From an uncultured Candidatus Poseidoniales archaeon (GTDB lineage: Archaea > Thermoplasmatota > Poseidoniia > Poseidoniales > Thalassarchaeaceae), in NCBI GenBank assembly GCA_964570065.1, contig CAZMVZ010000001.1:41652-105651 (forward strand): 64,000 bases of DNA, written 5' to 3'. Below are positions 30,353 through 46,000 of the stretch, piece by piece. The stretch's first letter is position 1. Each line of letters begins with the position of its first letter. The notes below the pieces were generated by a model. It saw only the letters and a list, made by a program, of their open reading frames with translations, was not told where the DNA came from and ran no database searches. The translations under genes and the position numbers were made by a program.

Positions 30353-31726
30353 ATGGCCCCTAACGAGCGATTCAAGGCACATGGTCTTCTGGCATCGCAT
30401 GGTGTATCTGTGAAAGTCATCAATGATGCCATACATGGCCAATTCAAACTGAAGGGAGTTGCCCAAGATCTCCTTTCCACTCCTGAGATGAACAAACTAA
30501 GTCACATTAAGCAACTGGGTTTGGCTCATTTGGTTTTCCCCGGCGCTCACCATACTAGGTTTGAGCACTCACTTGGGGCCTCGCACATCGCAGGAAGAAT
30601 GGCCGACTCCCTTTCAATGGAAGATATCGACACGGACACCCTGCAGGTTGCTGCTATGCTCCATGACGTTGGTCACGGCCCCTACTCACACACATTGGAG
30701 CATATTCTGGCCGATAGAGGGGGGATGGATCACATGGAGGTTACGAAAGGAATCATCCTCGGGGAATATGACGTAATCGTTGATGGAGAAGGGGAGTCAA
30801 TAGACGAAAGGAAATCAATTCCTGGTATCCTGGAGGATCACGGCCTAGATCCAAAGCTAGTTTCCTCACTTATCACCGGTCCCGACGCATCAGGAACAGA
30901 GAGATCGTTGCTTAGTTGGACGGAGGGCAGAGAGGATTTCTCTGGGGAGGATAAGACATTGGCACAACTTGTTCACGGGCCCGTAGATTGCGATCAACTG
31001 GACTATTTGCTGAGAGACTCACATTTCACAGGAGTAAAGCATGGGGTGGTTGACCACAACCGTCTAATTGAGTGCCTACGTAGTCAGGGTGGAGACATTG
31101 TTGTCAAGCAGGGCGGCCTTTCGGCACTAGAGGGAATGTTGGTGGCCAGAGGGCTAATGTACAGCGCGGTTTACTTCCATAGAGTTACACGAGTAACCGA
31201 GGTAATGCTTTCTCGTGCCGTTGAGAGGGCAGGGGATGCATTGCCAGACTCTATCGATCTTCAGAGGAGAGTCGACGCGGAGATTTGGGGGGCTCTTGAC
31301 AAGGCGGGTGGTTTTTCCAGGGACATGATTACACGACTCAAGTATCGGAACCTGCTGAAAGTTTGCCTGAGTCGTAGGAAGGACGATCTGAGTCCTGAGC
31401 AGATTGAAAGACTCGCATCAATAGCCAATGAATTGAGTGTTAGGAGGGAGATAGAGGATGACATAGCATTCCGTGCAGGTATGGAACCAGGATATGTTGC
31501 AATCGATGTCCCAAGTGTGAAACTCCTTCTCTCAGAGCCTAGAATGGCCCAAGTCGATGTCAAGGTAGTTGGCGATGATGGCAAGACGCGATGGCTCAAG
31601 GAGGTCACCCCCATGGCCGAAGCACTGAGAAAGAGGCAGGTCAGTCAAGAAGCAGTCTACGTGATGACTTTGCCAGGGAACGAGAAAAGAGTAGCCGAAA
31701 TCGCTAATCAGATACTGTTCGAATAA
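30353..31726 (+). CDS. HD-domain dNTP triphosphohydrolase-like protein (dGTPase/SAMHD1 family)
   Basis: H…RFEHSLGASHIAGRMA and LLHDVGHGPYSHTLEH are HD motifs arranged as in dGTP triphosphohydrolases. ATG at 30353 (the track's 30350 is a TTG). Confidence 0.8.
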   Translation: MAPNERFKAHGLLASHGVSVKVINDAIHGQFKLKGVAQDLLSTPEMNKLSHIKQLGLAHLVFPGAHHTRFEHSLGASHIAGRMADSLSMEDIDTDTLQVAAMLHDVGHGPYSHTLEHILADRGGMDHMEVTKGIILGEYDVIVDGEGESIDERKSIPGILEDHGLDPKLVSSLITGPDASGTERSLLSWTEGREDFSGEDKTLAQLVHGPVDCDQLDYLLRDSHFTGVKHGVVDHNRLIECLRSQGGDIVVKQGGLSALEGMLVARGLMYSAVYFHRVTRVTEVMLSRAVERAGDALPDSIDLQRRVDAEIWGALDKAGGFSRDMITRLKYRNLLKVCLSRRKDDLSPEQIERLASIANELSVRREIEDDIAFRAGMEPGYVAIDVPSVKLLLSEPRMAQVDVKVVGDDGKTRWLKEVTPMAEALRKRQVSQEAVYVMTLPGNEKRVAEIANQILFE

Positions 31727-31796
31727 CGCCACATTACCTGATTGCTTACTTGGAACATTCAAAAGGGGAACAAAGGCAGGGGCGCTCGCCCAATAA

Positions 31797-34879
<3,083 letters not shown>

Positions 34880-34997
34880 TGCCAATCCGTCCCGACGGAA
34901 GGACATGAATATCACCCCTCCGGGCTCAATCAATCCACAGATTTTCCACTCCCACAATCGTGCGAAGGTTCATCCTCCGATTTTCACTGCCAGAGGC

Positions 34998-35681
34998 ATG
35001 TCATCGGATTCACTTCCTTGGGATGACCCCCTAATCGCTCCCCTTCTGGTGCTCTGGCTATACCTCCCAGGATATCTTTCCAACACTGCAGCAATGCTAG
35101 GGGGGAAGTGGATTCCAGATTTGACAGGAATCCCCGTTTTCACTATTGATGGAGGCAGGGTGATGTCAGATGGGAACAGAGTTTTGGGTGATGGAAAGAC
35201 CTGGAATGGCCTAATTGGAGGGACTATAGGAGGTGGTCTATTGGGGATCCTAACTCATTCAATTGCGAATGGAAATACGGTTGATTCTGCTCCATTCCTC
35301 GACCCCCTCTCGACATATGGGACGAACTCATCGGAGATCTCGGATGCGTGGTTCTACTTTGGAGGGGAATCGGTTGCCGCATTTACCATCGGATGCGTAC
35401 TTGGATTGGGGTGCATGGTGGGTGACTCAGCGGGTTCCTTCGTCAAGCGAAGACTCGGGCACAAGAGGGAAGGAAGCGTCAGCTCAAAGGCCCCGCTGCT
35501 TGACACAATCCCTTTCGCGGCCTCTGCTTTCGTCTTCGGGCAATTCCTACTCGCACCATCCATTGTGGGTAGCCCCGAACTACTGATGGGGATGGTAGTA
35601 CTCCTATTTGCAACGCCAATTCTACACAGGTCCTTCAACATCATTGGATTTCGATTGGGGCTCAAGTCAGTACCATACTAG
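34998..35681 (+). CDS. carS: CDP-archaeol synthase (CarS, CTP:2,3-di-O-geranylgeranylglyceryl phosphate cytidyltransferase family)
   Basis: Polytopic membrane protein with the conserved FTIDGGRVMSDGNRVLG and SFVKRRLG…DTIPF motifs. The longer ORF from 34668 would overlap the convergent gene by ~290 nt and adds non-homologous sequence, so the internal ATG is preferred. Confidence 0.7.
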   Translation: MSSDSLPWDDPLIAPLLVLWLYLPGYLSNTAAMLGGKWIPDLTGIPVFTIDGGRVMSDGNRVLGDGKTWNGLIGGTIGGGLLGILTHSIANGNTVDSAPFLDPLSTYGTNSSEISDAWFYFGGESVAAFTIGCVLGLGCMVGDSAGSFVKRRLGHKREGSVSSKAPLLDTIPFAASAFVFGQFLLAPSIVGSPELLMGMVVLLFATPILHRSFNIIGFRLGLKSVPY

Positions 35682-35730
35682 GCAACATCTCATGTGCAAT
35701 CCATTATCACTAGAATAGCGAGCGCGAATC

Positions 35731-37002
35731 ATGGTCGGAATGGAAGTAATGGTGGTTGGTTCCGGTGGCCGAGAACACGCATTGGCGCTGGGGCTTTCTC
35801 AGAGTGATTCCGTTTCTTCAGTCCACTGCACACCTGGAAACGCTGGGACATCGATGGTTGCTACCAATCACGATATCTCGGTTTCTGACATCGAGGGAAT
35901 CGTCAGTCTAGCAAAGGAGTTGATGGTATCATTGGTTGTTGTTGGTCCCGAGGCACCACTAGTGAATGGACTATCAGATAGGCTAAGACAGGAATCAATA
36001 CCCAGCTTCGGACCTCATTCCGAAGGGGCACTCCTAGAAGGATCCAAGACTCATGCAAAGACGATTATGGAGTCACTCGGAGTTCCAACAGGGAGATTCG
36101 AGAGGATTGACGAAATTGACTCAATAGAGTCCAGCTTGGAATCATTTGTACCTCCATGGGTCATCAAGAGAGACGTACTCGCGGGAGGGAAGGGAGTAAC
36201 TGTTACCTCTTCAAGAAAAGAGGCGCATGAAGCACTGAGAAATGGGATTGAAACAGATGGTTTTGTCCTCATGGAAGAGCATCTTTCAGGAGAGGAGGCC
36301 TCAGTCCTAGTGATTATGGACGAGTCTGGTTATGTGATGCTTCCAGCAAGCCAGGACCACAAGAGAGTCGGAAATAATGACGAAGGCCCAAACACCGGGG
36401 GGATGGGTGCATATGCGCCCGCTCCAGTCGCAACACCATCAGTATTGGCCAGGACAAGGGAAGAGATAGTAGAACCAATGCACCACCACCTAAGAAATTC
36501 CGAGATACCCTATCGTGGCTGCCTATACGTCGGCCTGATGATCGATGAGAATGGAGCTCCGAATGTTGTCGAGTTCAATGTGAGGCTGGGAGATCCGGAG
36601 GCTCAGGTCACCATTCCGTTGTTCCAGTCAGATTTGGGACTGGTTCTTCTTGCAGTTGCGCAGGGAAATCTTGCAGACATTGACGTTGAATTCAAAAAAG
36701 TCCACGCTGCAACAGTTGTCTTAGCAGCAGAGGGATATCCTGGGGATGTTGTTTCGGGTAGGCTGATCGAGGGCTGGGATGCAACAATAGAAGAAGGACA
36801 GGTTCTCGGCTTTGTCCATCTCGCCGGAGCAAACAGGAAGGATTCAGGAGAACTAATCTCAACTGGGGGGCGGGTACTCTCGGCAACTGGAATTGCGCCT
36901 ACACTTGGCGAGGCGTTGGAGGCCTCATACCAGATAATCGGAGGAATCGAACTGGAAGGCTCCCATTATAGGGAAGACATCGGTTTCCGTGCACTTCCGT
37001 GA
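35731..37002 (+). CDS. purD: Phosphoribosylamine-glycine ligase
   Basis: VMVVGSGGREHALA N-terminal motif and an ATP-grasp core. Confidence 0.9.
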   Translation: MVGMEVMVVGSGGREHALALGLSQSDSVSSVHCTPGNAGTSMVATNHDISVSDIEGIVSLAKELMVSLVVVGPEAPLVNGLSDRLRQESIPSFGPHSEGALLEGSKTHAKTIMESLGVPTGRFERIDEIDSIESSLESFVPPWVIKRDVLAGGKGVTVTSSRKEAHEALRNGIETDGFVLMEEHLSGEEASVLVIMDESGYVMLPASQDHKRVGNNDEGPNTGGMGAYAPAPVATPSVLARTREEIVEPMHHHLRNSEIPYRGCLYVGLMIDENGAPNVVEFNVRLGDPEAQVTIPLFQSDLGLVLLAVAQGNLADIDVEFKKVHAATVVLAAEGYPGDVVSGRLIEGWDATIEEGQVLGFVHLAGANRKDSGELISTGGRVLSATGIAPTLGEALEASYQIIGGIELEGSHYREDIGFRALP

Positions 37003-37080
37003 TGAAAAATAGCACCAATCTATGGGTTATCTTTCCAATCCGTTCTACGAACGGTTAAAACAAGCGTTTTGGTCGGCGCG

Positions 37081-40000
37081 ATGCTGAGTCATTGGCAAAT
37101 AGGTCCGGTGGATGGGATGGAACAGGAGAAAGATACCCTTCAAGTTGTTCAATTCAACAACCTTGCCGCGCCTGTTGCTATCACTCTGGCACTACTTGGT
37201 TTGACTATCGTCGCTTCCACTCTGGAAGGCAGAGAAGTAGGCGGCGATTTCCTCTATACAGCCATCCTGATCTCACTATCAGTGTTAATTCCAGCATGTA
37301 TTGGCAGGTCTTCCTGGCTGATTCCTCTTGATTCCGGATCCCTGCGTGTCGGCGCTATCACTCTCGCGGTATCGCTCATAGGAATAATCGCAAATTCAGC
37401 AGATCCAGAAAATTTCAACCATATGTTCGTTGCCACATTCGTCTTCGTTGGATTCGCTTCAGCCGCCTTAAACGAATCAGAACGATTTGAAGAGTCTGCA
37501 ACTCTCCTCTCAATAGTTCTGGGGATGCGTCTTGCGGCATTCTATGCAGGAGGACTCATCATCGCTCAAAGTGACTCTCTTGCTGTGATAGACACCGTCA
37601 GGGAAGCAATCGGAGCTGCATTCTTCTCATTCTGGCTCTCTTCAATATCACTCGGTTTCCTTGTGATGGTCGGACTAAGGGGGGCAATCGAGAATCGGGG
37701 CAAGGGGAATCTAATGGCCAATCTTCCAAACATTAGGGAGAATCCAGAGGTGGGAATATACGCGTCACTAGTATTCGCTAGTTTCTTGGTTCCACTAATC
37801 TGGATCAGCCAGATTGACTCTCTCCAGGATTTCTCTCAGCAGAACCACATTGGATTGGCATGGGCATCATTCTCTGCATTAGTGATCTTCATTCATGCAT
37901 TCTTCAGAGCAGAGGGATGGCACGTATTGGGTGCACTTCTGGCAGTGAACTGGATTCTTTACTCCATTGGCCATATTCATGAGATTGGTAACGAACTACC
38001 ATCCTTATTCTCCGAGGACGGATTCATTGGCTCCTTCACCTGGTTCTTCCTGTGGTTCTGGATGACCTTCTTCACACTCTTCTTTGCTTCCAGAGGGGTT
38101 TTCGGAGATATCGCCCCTAGAAGGGAGAGGAGTGGATTCAGAGTCTGGTGGGATGTCAACTCCTACGTAGTGATGGTTACTCTTGCCTTCTTGATAGCAC
38201 TCATCGTGAGAACCGCATGGAACGTAATCCCGGCAATGAATGCGAATGGAACCGGGCTATGGGACATGACCGGTGGTTCCGATCCTTGGTACATGAAGAG
38301 AGTAGTGGACTACGTTATTGCTGAGAGGAGCCATCTGATTTTCGATCATGATAGGGCTTACCCAGCCGGGGGGATTAATCCAAGGCCCCCGCTCTTCTCT
38401 TGGTCCCTAGCACTAGGTGGTTTGGCTCTCTCTTGGATCCTTGAGATCCCAGCCGACCAAGCAGTGTGGTGGTCCATGTCTGCTCTACCAGCAGTCTACG
38501 GCGCCCTCATAGTCCTCCCAATTGCTGGGATAGCCTCACGCGCACACAGCAGGAGGGCTGGCATAATTGCAGCATGGCTGATAGCACTAATGCCGGGTCA
38601 CATGAGCCGCTCAACATTCGCGATGTCGGACCACGACTCCTTCGCAATGCTTTTCCTGGCCATAGCATTCTACTACTGGATCAGGGCGATCGGGCATATC
38701 GATCACAATAGAATCTTCAAGTCAACTAGCACAAACCCTCTGTACATTATTGCAGGAATGAGGGAGACGTGGAAGAGGAACCCTTCATTGATGGCGAATG
38801 CATCAATGGCCGGAATCGCTTTCTCAATCATGGCCCTTGGGTGGAAAGGATTCGTTTACGGCCCGGGAATCCTCTTCCTTGCTTACTCATTCCAAGTTGC
38901 GATTAACATTTTCAAAGGAAGGGACAGCCTTCAATTCACCTCTGCGGCTCTTCAAATGATGCTAGTCGCAATCCTCATTCCGACTCCATTCTATGCCTGG
39001 CCGGGGATGAATCTCCTTTTCGCACCCAGTGGAATGCAGCCTATGTTCTACATAATCGGGTTCACATTCGCGATGGGATGGGTGTCTAGCTCATTCAGGG
39101 ACAAGCCTTGGCTGTTGGTAGTCCTAGGGGGAAGCGCATTATTCGGTTCGATACTCGCTTTGCTATACATTCTCCAAGTTAGGGATCTTTTCAATGGGTG
39201 GGACATTCTCTTTACCGGTGGTTTCTACTTCTCCAAGAACAAGATATTCGGCACTATCGGTGAGGCTCAAGCTCCCGAGAGGGGCGTTCTTTTCGCATCC
39301 TACGGCCCCATAGTGGCTCTAATCGCAATAGGTTGCGCATTCTTGCTACTGTGGAGGGGCAGTAGGAAGAACAAGTCAGATCTAACTCTTCTTGGACTCT
39401 GGACCATTATCGCCACATACATGGCATGGTCAGCCGGCCGTTTCATAATCAACGCCACCCCAGTAGTCGCAGTAGTGGGTGGAATCGGTATTTCCATGCT
39501 ATGGGGGTCAGCAAGTTTGCCCGCCTTCACCAAGGTATGGAGGAACTCCGGGATCGGAACTCCAAGGACCCGTTTCAAGTCCCTATGGCCGGCCACCAAA
39601 GCACGTCCAGGGGTTCCGGCCATGGTCATGGTTTTGCTCCTCATCACATCTCAACACGCGACTTATGGGATCGATGCTGGAATCCCAAGAGGTGATCAGT
39701 CTGCGAACGAAATCGACCAGAGCCTATACGACATTGTCCCGGACATACTGAGGCAAGACTTGCTAGGTCTCTTTTCAGTCATGAATAGCGATACGTACGA
39801 CCAAAGCGATTCTGGTCTATGGTACATGGGTACTTTCGGCCCAAGCTTCAATTCACAGGGCTGGAACGAGGCATACGACTGGCTCTCCCAGCAAGATAGC
39901 GAAACACCATTCAGCGATCGTCCCGCCTTCGTTTCCTGGTGGGACTATGGTTTCCAAGCCCTGGCTTCCGGACAGCATCCCACGGTTGCCGACAACTTCC

Positions 40001-43000
40001 AGTCTGGAATACCAAACAGTGGGGCAATGCTACTATCAGGGGGCCAAGAAGATACACTATCTCTGTTCATAACAACCCTGGCGATGGGAGACAAGAGCAT
40101 CAACAACGGCCAACTCGGTGAATCCTTCCTATCCGTCCTAGAGGGCCACATGACTCCAGAACAGGTCCAGGAGTTCGAAGCCATCACTTCCAACACCAAC
40201 AAGGGGTTTGTCCAAGACCGCCTGATGGCCGTAGTTGCGGAATATGGAGATGCCGAATTGCTCCAGGGTGAACCCCTGGACAGCAATGGGCTGACATGCC
40301 CCGATCCTTGTTCGGATACCTATGTTGTACTGGTAAACGGGGAACCATTCGGTGAAGCCACCACCAATTCATCCGAGGCAATGGTAATCTTCGATCAGGC
40401 TCGCGGGTCATCATCCGAATTCGAATTGGCAGAATTCGATGACGCAAGTCACTACGATATGGCAGGATACCGATATACCAGAGACATCATTGACGACTAC
40501 GATGATCTCTCGACCGCGCTCCACAGGACCAATGCCAGGTTCGGATTGGCTCGTGCGTTCCTAATAACTGCCTTCTCGCTCGATGATCTCGTACAGATAT
40601 ATGATGGAATCTCATCAATCGACACGTATGAGGTCTCAGATTACGAAGAGTCGCATGGGAGCACGACCTCGAGGAACCACGAGATTCGGTACTTCGCTGT
40701 AGATAACCGGCTATATCCACTTGGAGGGATGTACTACCAGGACTATCAGTCGTACCATAGGGGGCAGACTACTGGAATCTTCCATGCTCCAACCCATCTT
40801 TCTGGACTCGACATCGACTCATACATTACAACAACTTACGAAACAAACCAGGGAGATCATACGCCTGAGGAGTTCCAAAGCACGTACTTAGAGGACCTCA
40901 AGGCTCAGGCTTCCGGAGCATCTACTGCCGAGGACATGATTCAGATGACGGATATGAACTATCAGCATCTGGACAGTTTCTTCGAAACGATGATCGCAAG
41001 GACATATGTCGGCTACGGGACTTCCACGTTGGGGCTTCCATCGATAAGCGGCCAAGTAGGGGATGCCGACACGCCTTCTACTTGGATTCTACCAAACTCA
41101 ATTACGGGAACCCCAGGGAGCTATTTGCAGGGGGCAATGGCACTTCCAGGGGCAATGATGAACCACTTCGTACTATCCAACTGGTACGATCCGACAAACG
41201 GTACTTCCTGCGAAGAAATTCAGATTACAGGCTCTGCTTCAACAGTAGCGGGCAGTTCTCAATTGTCGGACGTCTCACTCTATTCAGATGACAGCCTCTC
41301 ATCAGGATGGTCCCAGATTCAATCAGGAGGCCCTTGGAAGATGTCCCAAGTGGAAGAAGGGGTCATTCCCATGAACGCTTCAACTACCAATTATGACCCC
41401 GACGAAGAGACGCTCTCGATCACTTCAGCAGCTTCGTCTTCTGCTAATGATACTGAATTCACCCTAACAGGAAAGGTGGACAAGTACTGCGGCTCGATTT
41501 ATGACTCCAACAGAAATGTAAAGATTCTGAAGTACTACAGCGGCGCAACACTACAGGGCACTGTCTCGCTAGAAGGAGTCGGACCAGTGCCCAATGCAAG
41601 GATCCTAATCGAGAGAGACGCTTTCAGCGGAGATGAGTCTGCGGACGAAGACGGCAATGTCGTCGACAACGACTCCAGAACATACTGGATACCCATTGGC
41701 AGTACACAAGCAGACGAGGATGGCCACTTCTCTTTCACCGCTCCAGCTGGAAAGATCCGCGTCTCCGCTTTCACAGGCGATCCAGACTTGGATGCGGCCA
41801 GAACATCACTGTTATCAGGTTCCGCCAACCTGATGTCAGAACTTTTCTCAGAGACATCCCAGAACCGCGCCGTAAACCCAGTAACTGGAATCCTGGGCAA
41901 CGTCTACGGGTCAACATGGCTCTCTGAGACGATAGTGAACATTTCTGGGTCGGATGGACACAGCAATGGGCAATCCGTCATCGAGGCACCAATATCGGTA
42001 TCGCCATCAACCGCTTCAGGGATACTCTCATGGTCTGGCGAGCTCGATTTCGACGGTGACCCTGTTCTTTCTGCCAACATTACCCTCACTCCTTCCTCAG
42101 AAGAAGTAGCAATCCAGCCCTATGAGGTCATTACTTCTGATGGGGGCATGGTGGGGGAAGACCTGAGATTCAGTGGTACCGGAGAAGTCACATTCCTAGG
42201 GGAGGGGACTATGGAGAGCATGGGGGCAGTATCTGTTTACGACTTCACTGGCACCCATACTCAAGCTGTATTCGATAACCACAGCATTACTGGAGAAGGG
42301 CAATTCTCTGGAAAGGGTATGATCGATGGCACACTATCTGGCGACTTCCCAGATTGCTCTGGCCATTCAGTACCCGAGGGTTCTGATGCATGCATTAACG
42401 AAGATGGCTACTATCTCTTGGAAGGCATAGCAAACGGATCTGGAAAGTTCACATCACACGGAGTCAGTGAATTCACCAGGGAACTCTCCCAGGCAACATT
42501 CATCGGTTCAGGCAACTTTGCCACGTCCCCTTCAGATGACCTTGCCACATTTGGGACAATTAATGGAACTGGGATTTTCTCGGGGCACGGATCGTTCAGT
42601 GGGTCTATGGTACGACCAGGTTCCTTCCACATCGTCGACGCCCTCCCTGGCGAGTACGTCGTTTCAGTGGATTTCGGAACCGGGGATCCTGTGGTGATCC
42701 CGCAACCATTCGTAATCCCCCTGTCTTCTTCTGAGATTCAGACTCCTGTATCTATCACTGGAGGCGCGATCAAGGGTACTGTATCGATTTTCACGGGTAG
42801 GCCATTGTCGAGTGAGGTTTCGATTTTCTCAATCAATGGCTCTAGTGAGGATTCCAATGAACAGTGCCAAGGCGTCATCACTCAACCATGTTTCGTCACT
42901 CCTGACGAAAGCGGTTCTTTCGAGGTCGGACCAATAGTCCCAGGCTCTTACATAGCAGAGGTAGATATCGATGACGACGGATTCCCTGAGATCTCCCATG

Positions 43001-46000
43001 CATTCGCGTTCGAATCCGGATTGGCATCTCTAGTGTCCTTCCCTTCTGAAGTACCTCAGACATCAGATATCACATTCACACTCTCCGATGATGGAACCAG
43101 TGTTGATGACCTTCAATTGCAATTTATACCCGAGGATCTTTCCAGAAGTGAAGTAACGGTAATGTTTGACAATGAGTCAAAGACTTACCATGCCGAGTTG
43201 AACCCGGGCAATTGGATACTCAATTACACACTTAGCGATGAGAAGCAACTGTGGCAGCGCATATCTATCGGGAGTATCGATGTAAGCGACTCTTTCGAGT
43301 TCCTGGTTAGCCAGGTCGTAAGTGGGGTTGTGATCGACTCAGTTAAGGGTGACGAAATTTCAGATCCACTGTTGTCCAGAGTGACCAATCAGGAGGTTTT
43401 GTTCCAATGGCAGGGCTTCACTCTAAAATCCGTAACCGACTCATTCGGAGAATTCAGCGTAATCCTCCCTCAAGGTGCCTTTGTCCATGCAACCGTGGAG
43501 AGAATGGTCGGAGCAGGCGGATTCTTCTCCAACGGCACGAGCTTCCAAGTGACAGATTCGATGGAAAATATCACAATCCAACTCACTGACTCAACAATGG
43601 TCCTCGGAGAAGTAAGTCTCAATCGTGAAGGAAACACGTACAATCAAGGATTCTCCGGATGGACTCCAGTATTTGCCAAAGCAAACAACTTGGACGGAAC
43701 AACAGACGCCGTTTGGAGGGAGGAGGTGGATGACCTCGGGCGATTTGACATGCTGCTGCCTCTGGGCAACTGGTCTTTCACATTGGAAGCCGGCAGCGAG
43801 ATGGCTGCCAATGCCGTAGTGAAGGAGATCAACACCACATCAGAGCCGATGGTCGAGCTCCTGGTACTTCCAACAAATATTACTGTGGAGATAGATTTCT
43901 TCATCGATCATTTAGGCGATAACAACGCATCCAATGGGACTCCGGTTTCCTATCCATTCGAGATCAAGCCACTGTCGCCCAATGGTGCCGGTTACACGGT
44001 CCCAAGAGATGGTTCTGAGTGGACTCAAACAGGATTGGCGGAAGTATCTCTTGAACCGGGAAGGTACCGAATAGTCGTCGAGAGGGCCAACTCTTCAGCA
44101 GACGATCCATTCGACACCCTATATGACACAAATGACATCTTCGAAGTCGAGATCGGGTCTTCTACAGTCAAGCGTTCTGTAGGGTTCGAACCAAGATGGC
44201 TAGTTAACATCACATTCAGGAATGAGAGCGGCCAATTACTAGACAACCACGAAGTTAAACTCGAGAATGTCGAAAATGGTTGGATACAAACTTACATGAC
44301 CAACGAAGATGGTGTGTTGGTAGAGTACATTGAAGAGGGAGATTGGATCGTAATTGTAGATGAATTCGAGACAAACTCGGGAGTGTATGAGGGGCTGCGA
44401 AGGTCGATTTCTACTTCTCAATCATCGGCAGGATCCAGGTCGAACTTCCAGACAGCCGAACTTGCATTAGTTACTGTGACCCTCCAATCAACTTCGGATG
44501 TGGCAGCACCCGAGTTGGTTGATCTCACGATATCTTCACAAGAAGGCCTTGGATCATTCGTAAGTTCGATCGGAGGATTTGATCAACCACTGGAAATAAG
44601 GCTTGTACCCGGGTTCTGGAACGTTGAGATTAACCAGACCAACCAAGACGGCATCATGACTCTATTGGAGAATTCTTCGTTGGTTGAATCAGGTGTCACC
44701 GTAGGACCCAATCACCAAGTATTCCTGACCGTACAGAAACTAGTCAGCCTTAGTGGCAAGGTTTTCTGGGACCTCGATGATGATGGTGCCCCTGGTTTCT
44801 CAGAGGGCCTTTCTAATGCCTCTGTAAACATTACCGGAGACCTTGACTCTCCAACTCATCACTTAATATCAGATAATGACGGAGTCTGGTCCACATTCCT
44901 TCCCGTCCAAAGCTCATGGAACATCACCGTAGAGAGGGAGGGCTTCGGTACGCAGACTTCTCCAGTCCAAATCGGGGAAACCTCGGTTACTGAAAATATC
45001 GAGATTTCAGCCGGCGAGGTTGAAATATCCGGCAGCATTTCGTATCCCGACCAGACTTGTATTTCCAGCGGTGAGTGGCAAGTTCAGATGATTCCATCTC
45101 ATGGAATTTCAAGAGAACGCGTCACAGTACCTGGAAACGCTCTGGGTGAGTGGTCTGCCATGATCCAACCAGGCAGTTGGGTGGCAATGGCAACATCTAC
45201 ATCTGAGGCTTCCGAATGCATCGATCTGATTTCGATCGAACCTCTGGAAGTTGGGGTCGATGGGGGCTCAGTCGAATCAGAACTAACAGTTGGAGGGACT
45301 CTCAGGCTTGAGACCAGTTGGTTGGACTTCGATGGTAGTGCTCACGATCTTACCGAGGTTGAGGATTATGACCTAGTCATAGAATACGGCCCGATTTCAT
45401 GGTCCGAGGAGCTAGGAAGCGATGGAGTCCTGAATCTGTTAATAATGCCGGGAACGGTACAAGCCTCCAGTACTTTCGAGTTGAACGAGGGCGTTCGGAA
45501 CGTGTCCTATTCCGGCGGAAAGGGAATCTCAATCAGAGCAGGACAGGTAAGTCCGATGAATACCCTGAGCATCGATAGGGTCTCCAAGCAGAGCGTCACT
45601 ACAACAGTTCAAGGGCTCGATAGGGTCGAGGTTCAAGAGGTCGATACCACTTGCACCAACGACGATGACGGTGACGGCGTAATCAATGGCGAAGATGCAT
45701 TCCCGACCGACCCCACCGAAAGCTCGGACAATGACAATGACGGAAAAGGTGACAATCAAGATCCTGATGACGACAACGATGGCGATCTTGACGACGATGA
45801 CGAATTCCCTCTGGGGCAAGGGCTGCCTACAAACTCAGCAGAGGGCTGCAAGTACCAGAACGCTGCGTTCAATGTCTCAGTCGAATACGAGGGGCACAAC
45901 TCCTTCGACGAATACACGGTCGTCGGGACAGTCCCCAGTGCCGACGGGGTGGATTGGAGTGTCCAGTTCCAGAATTCATCAGGGGAATGGTTGGATTCCT

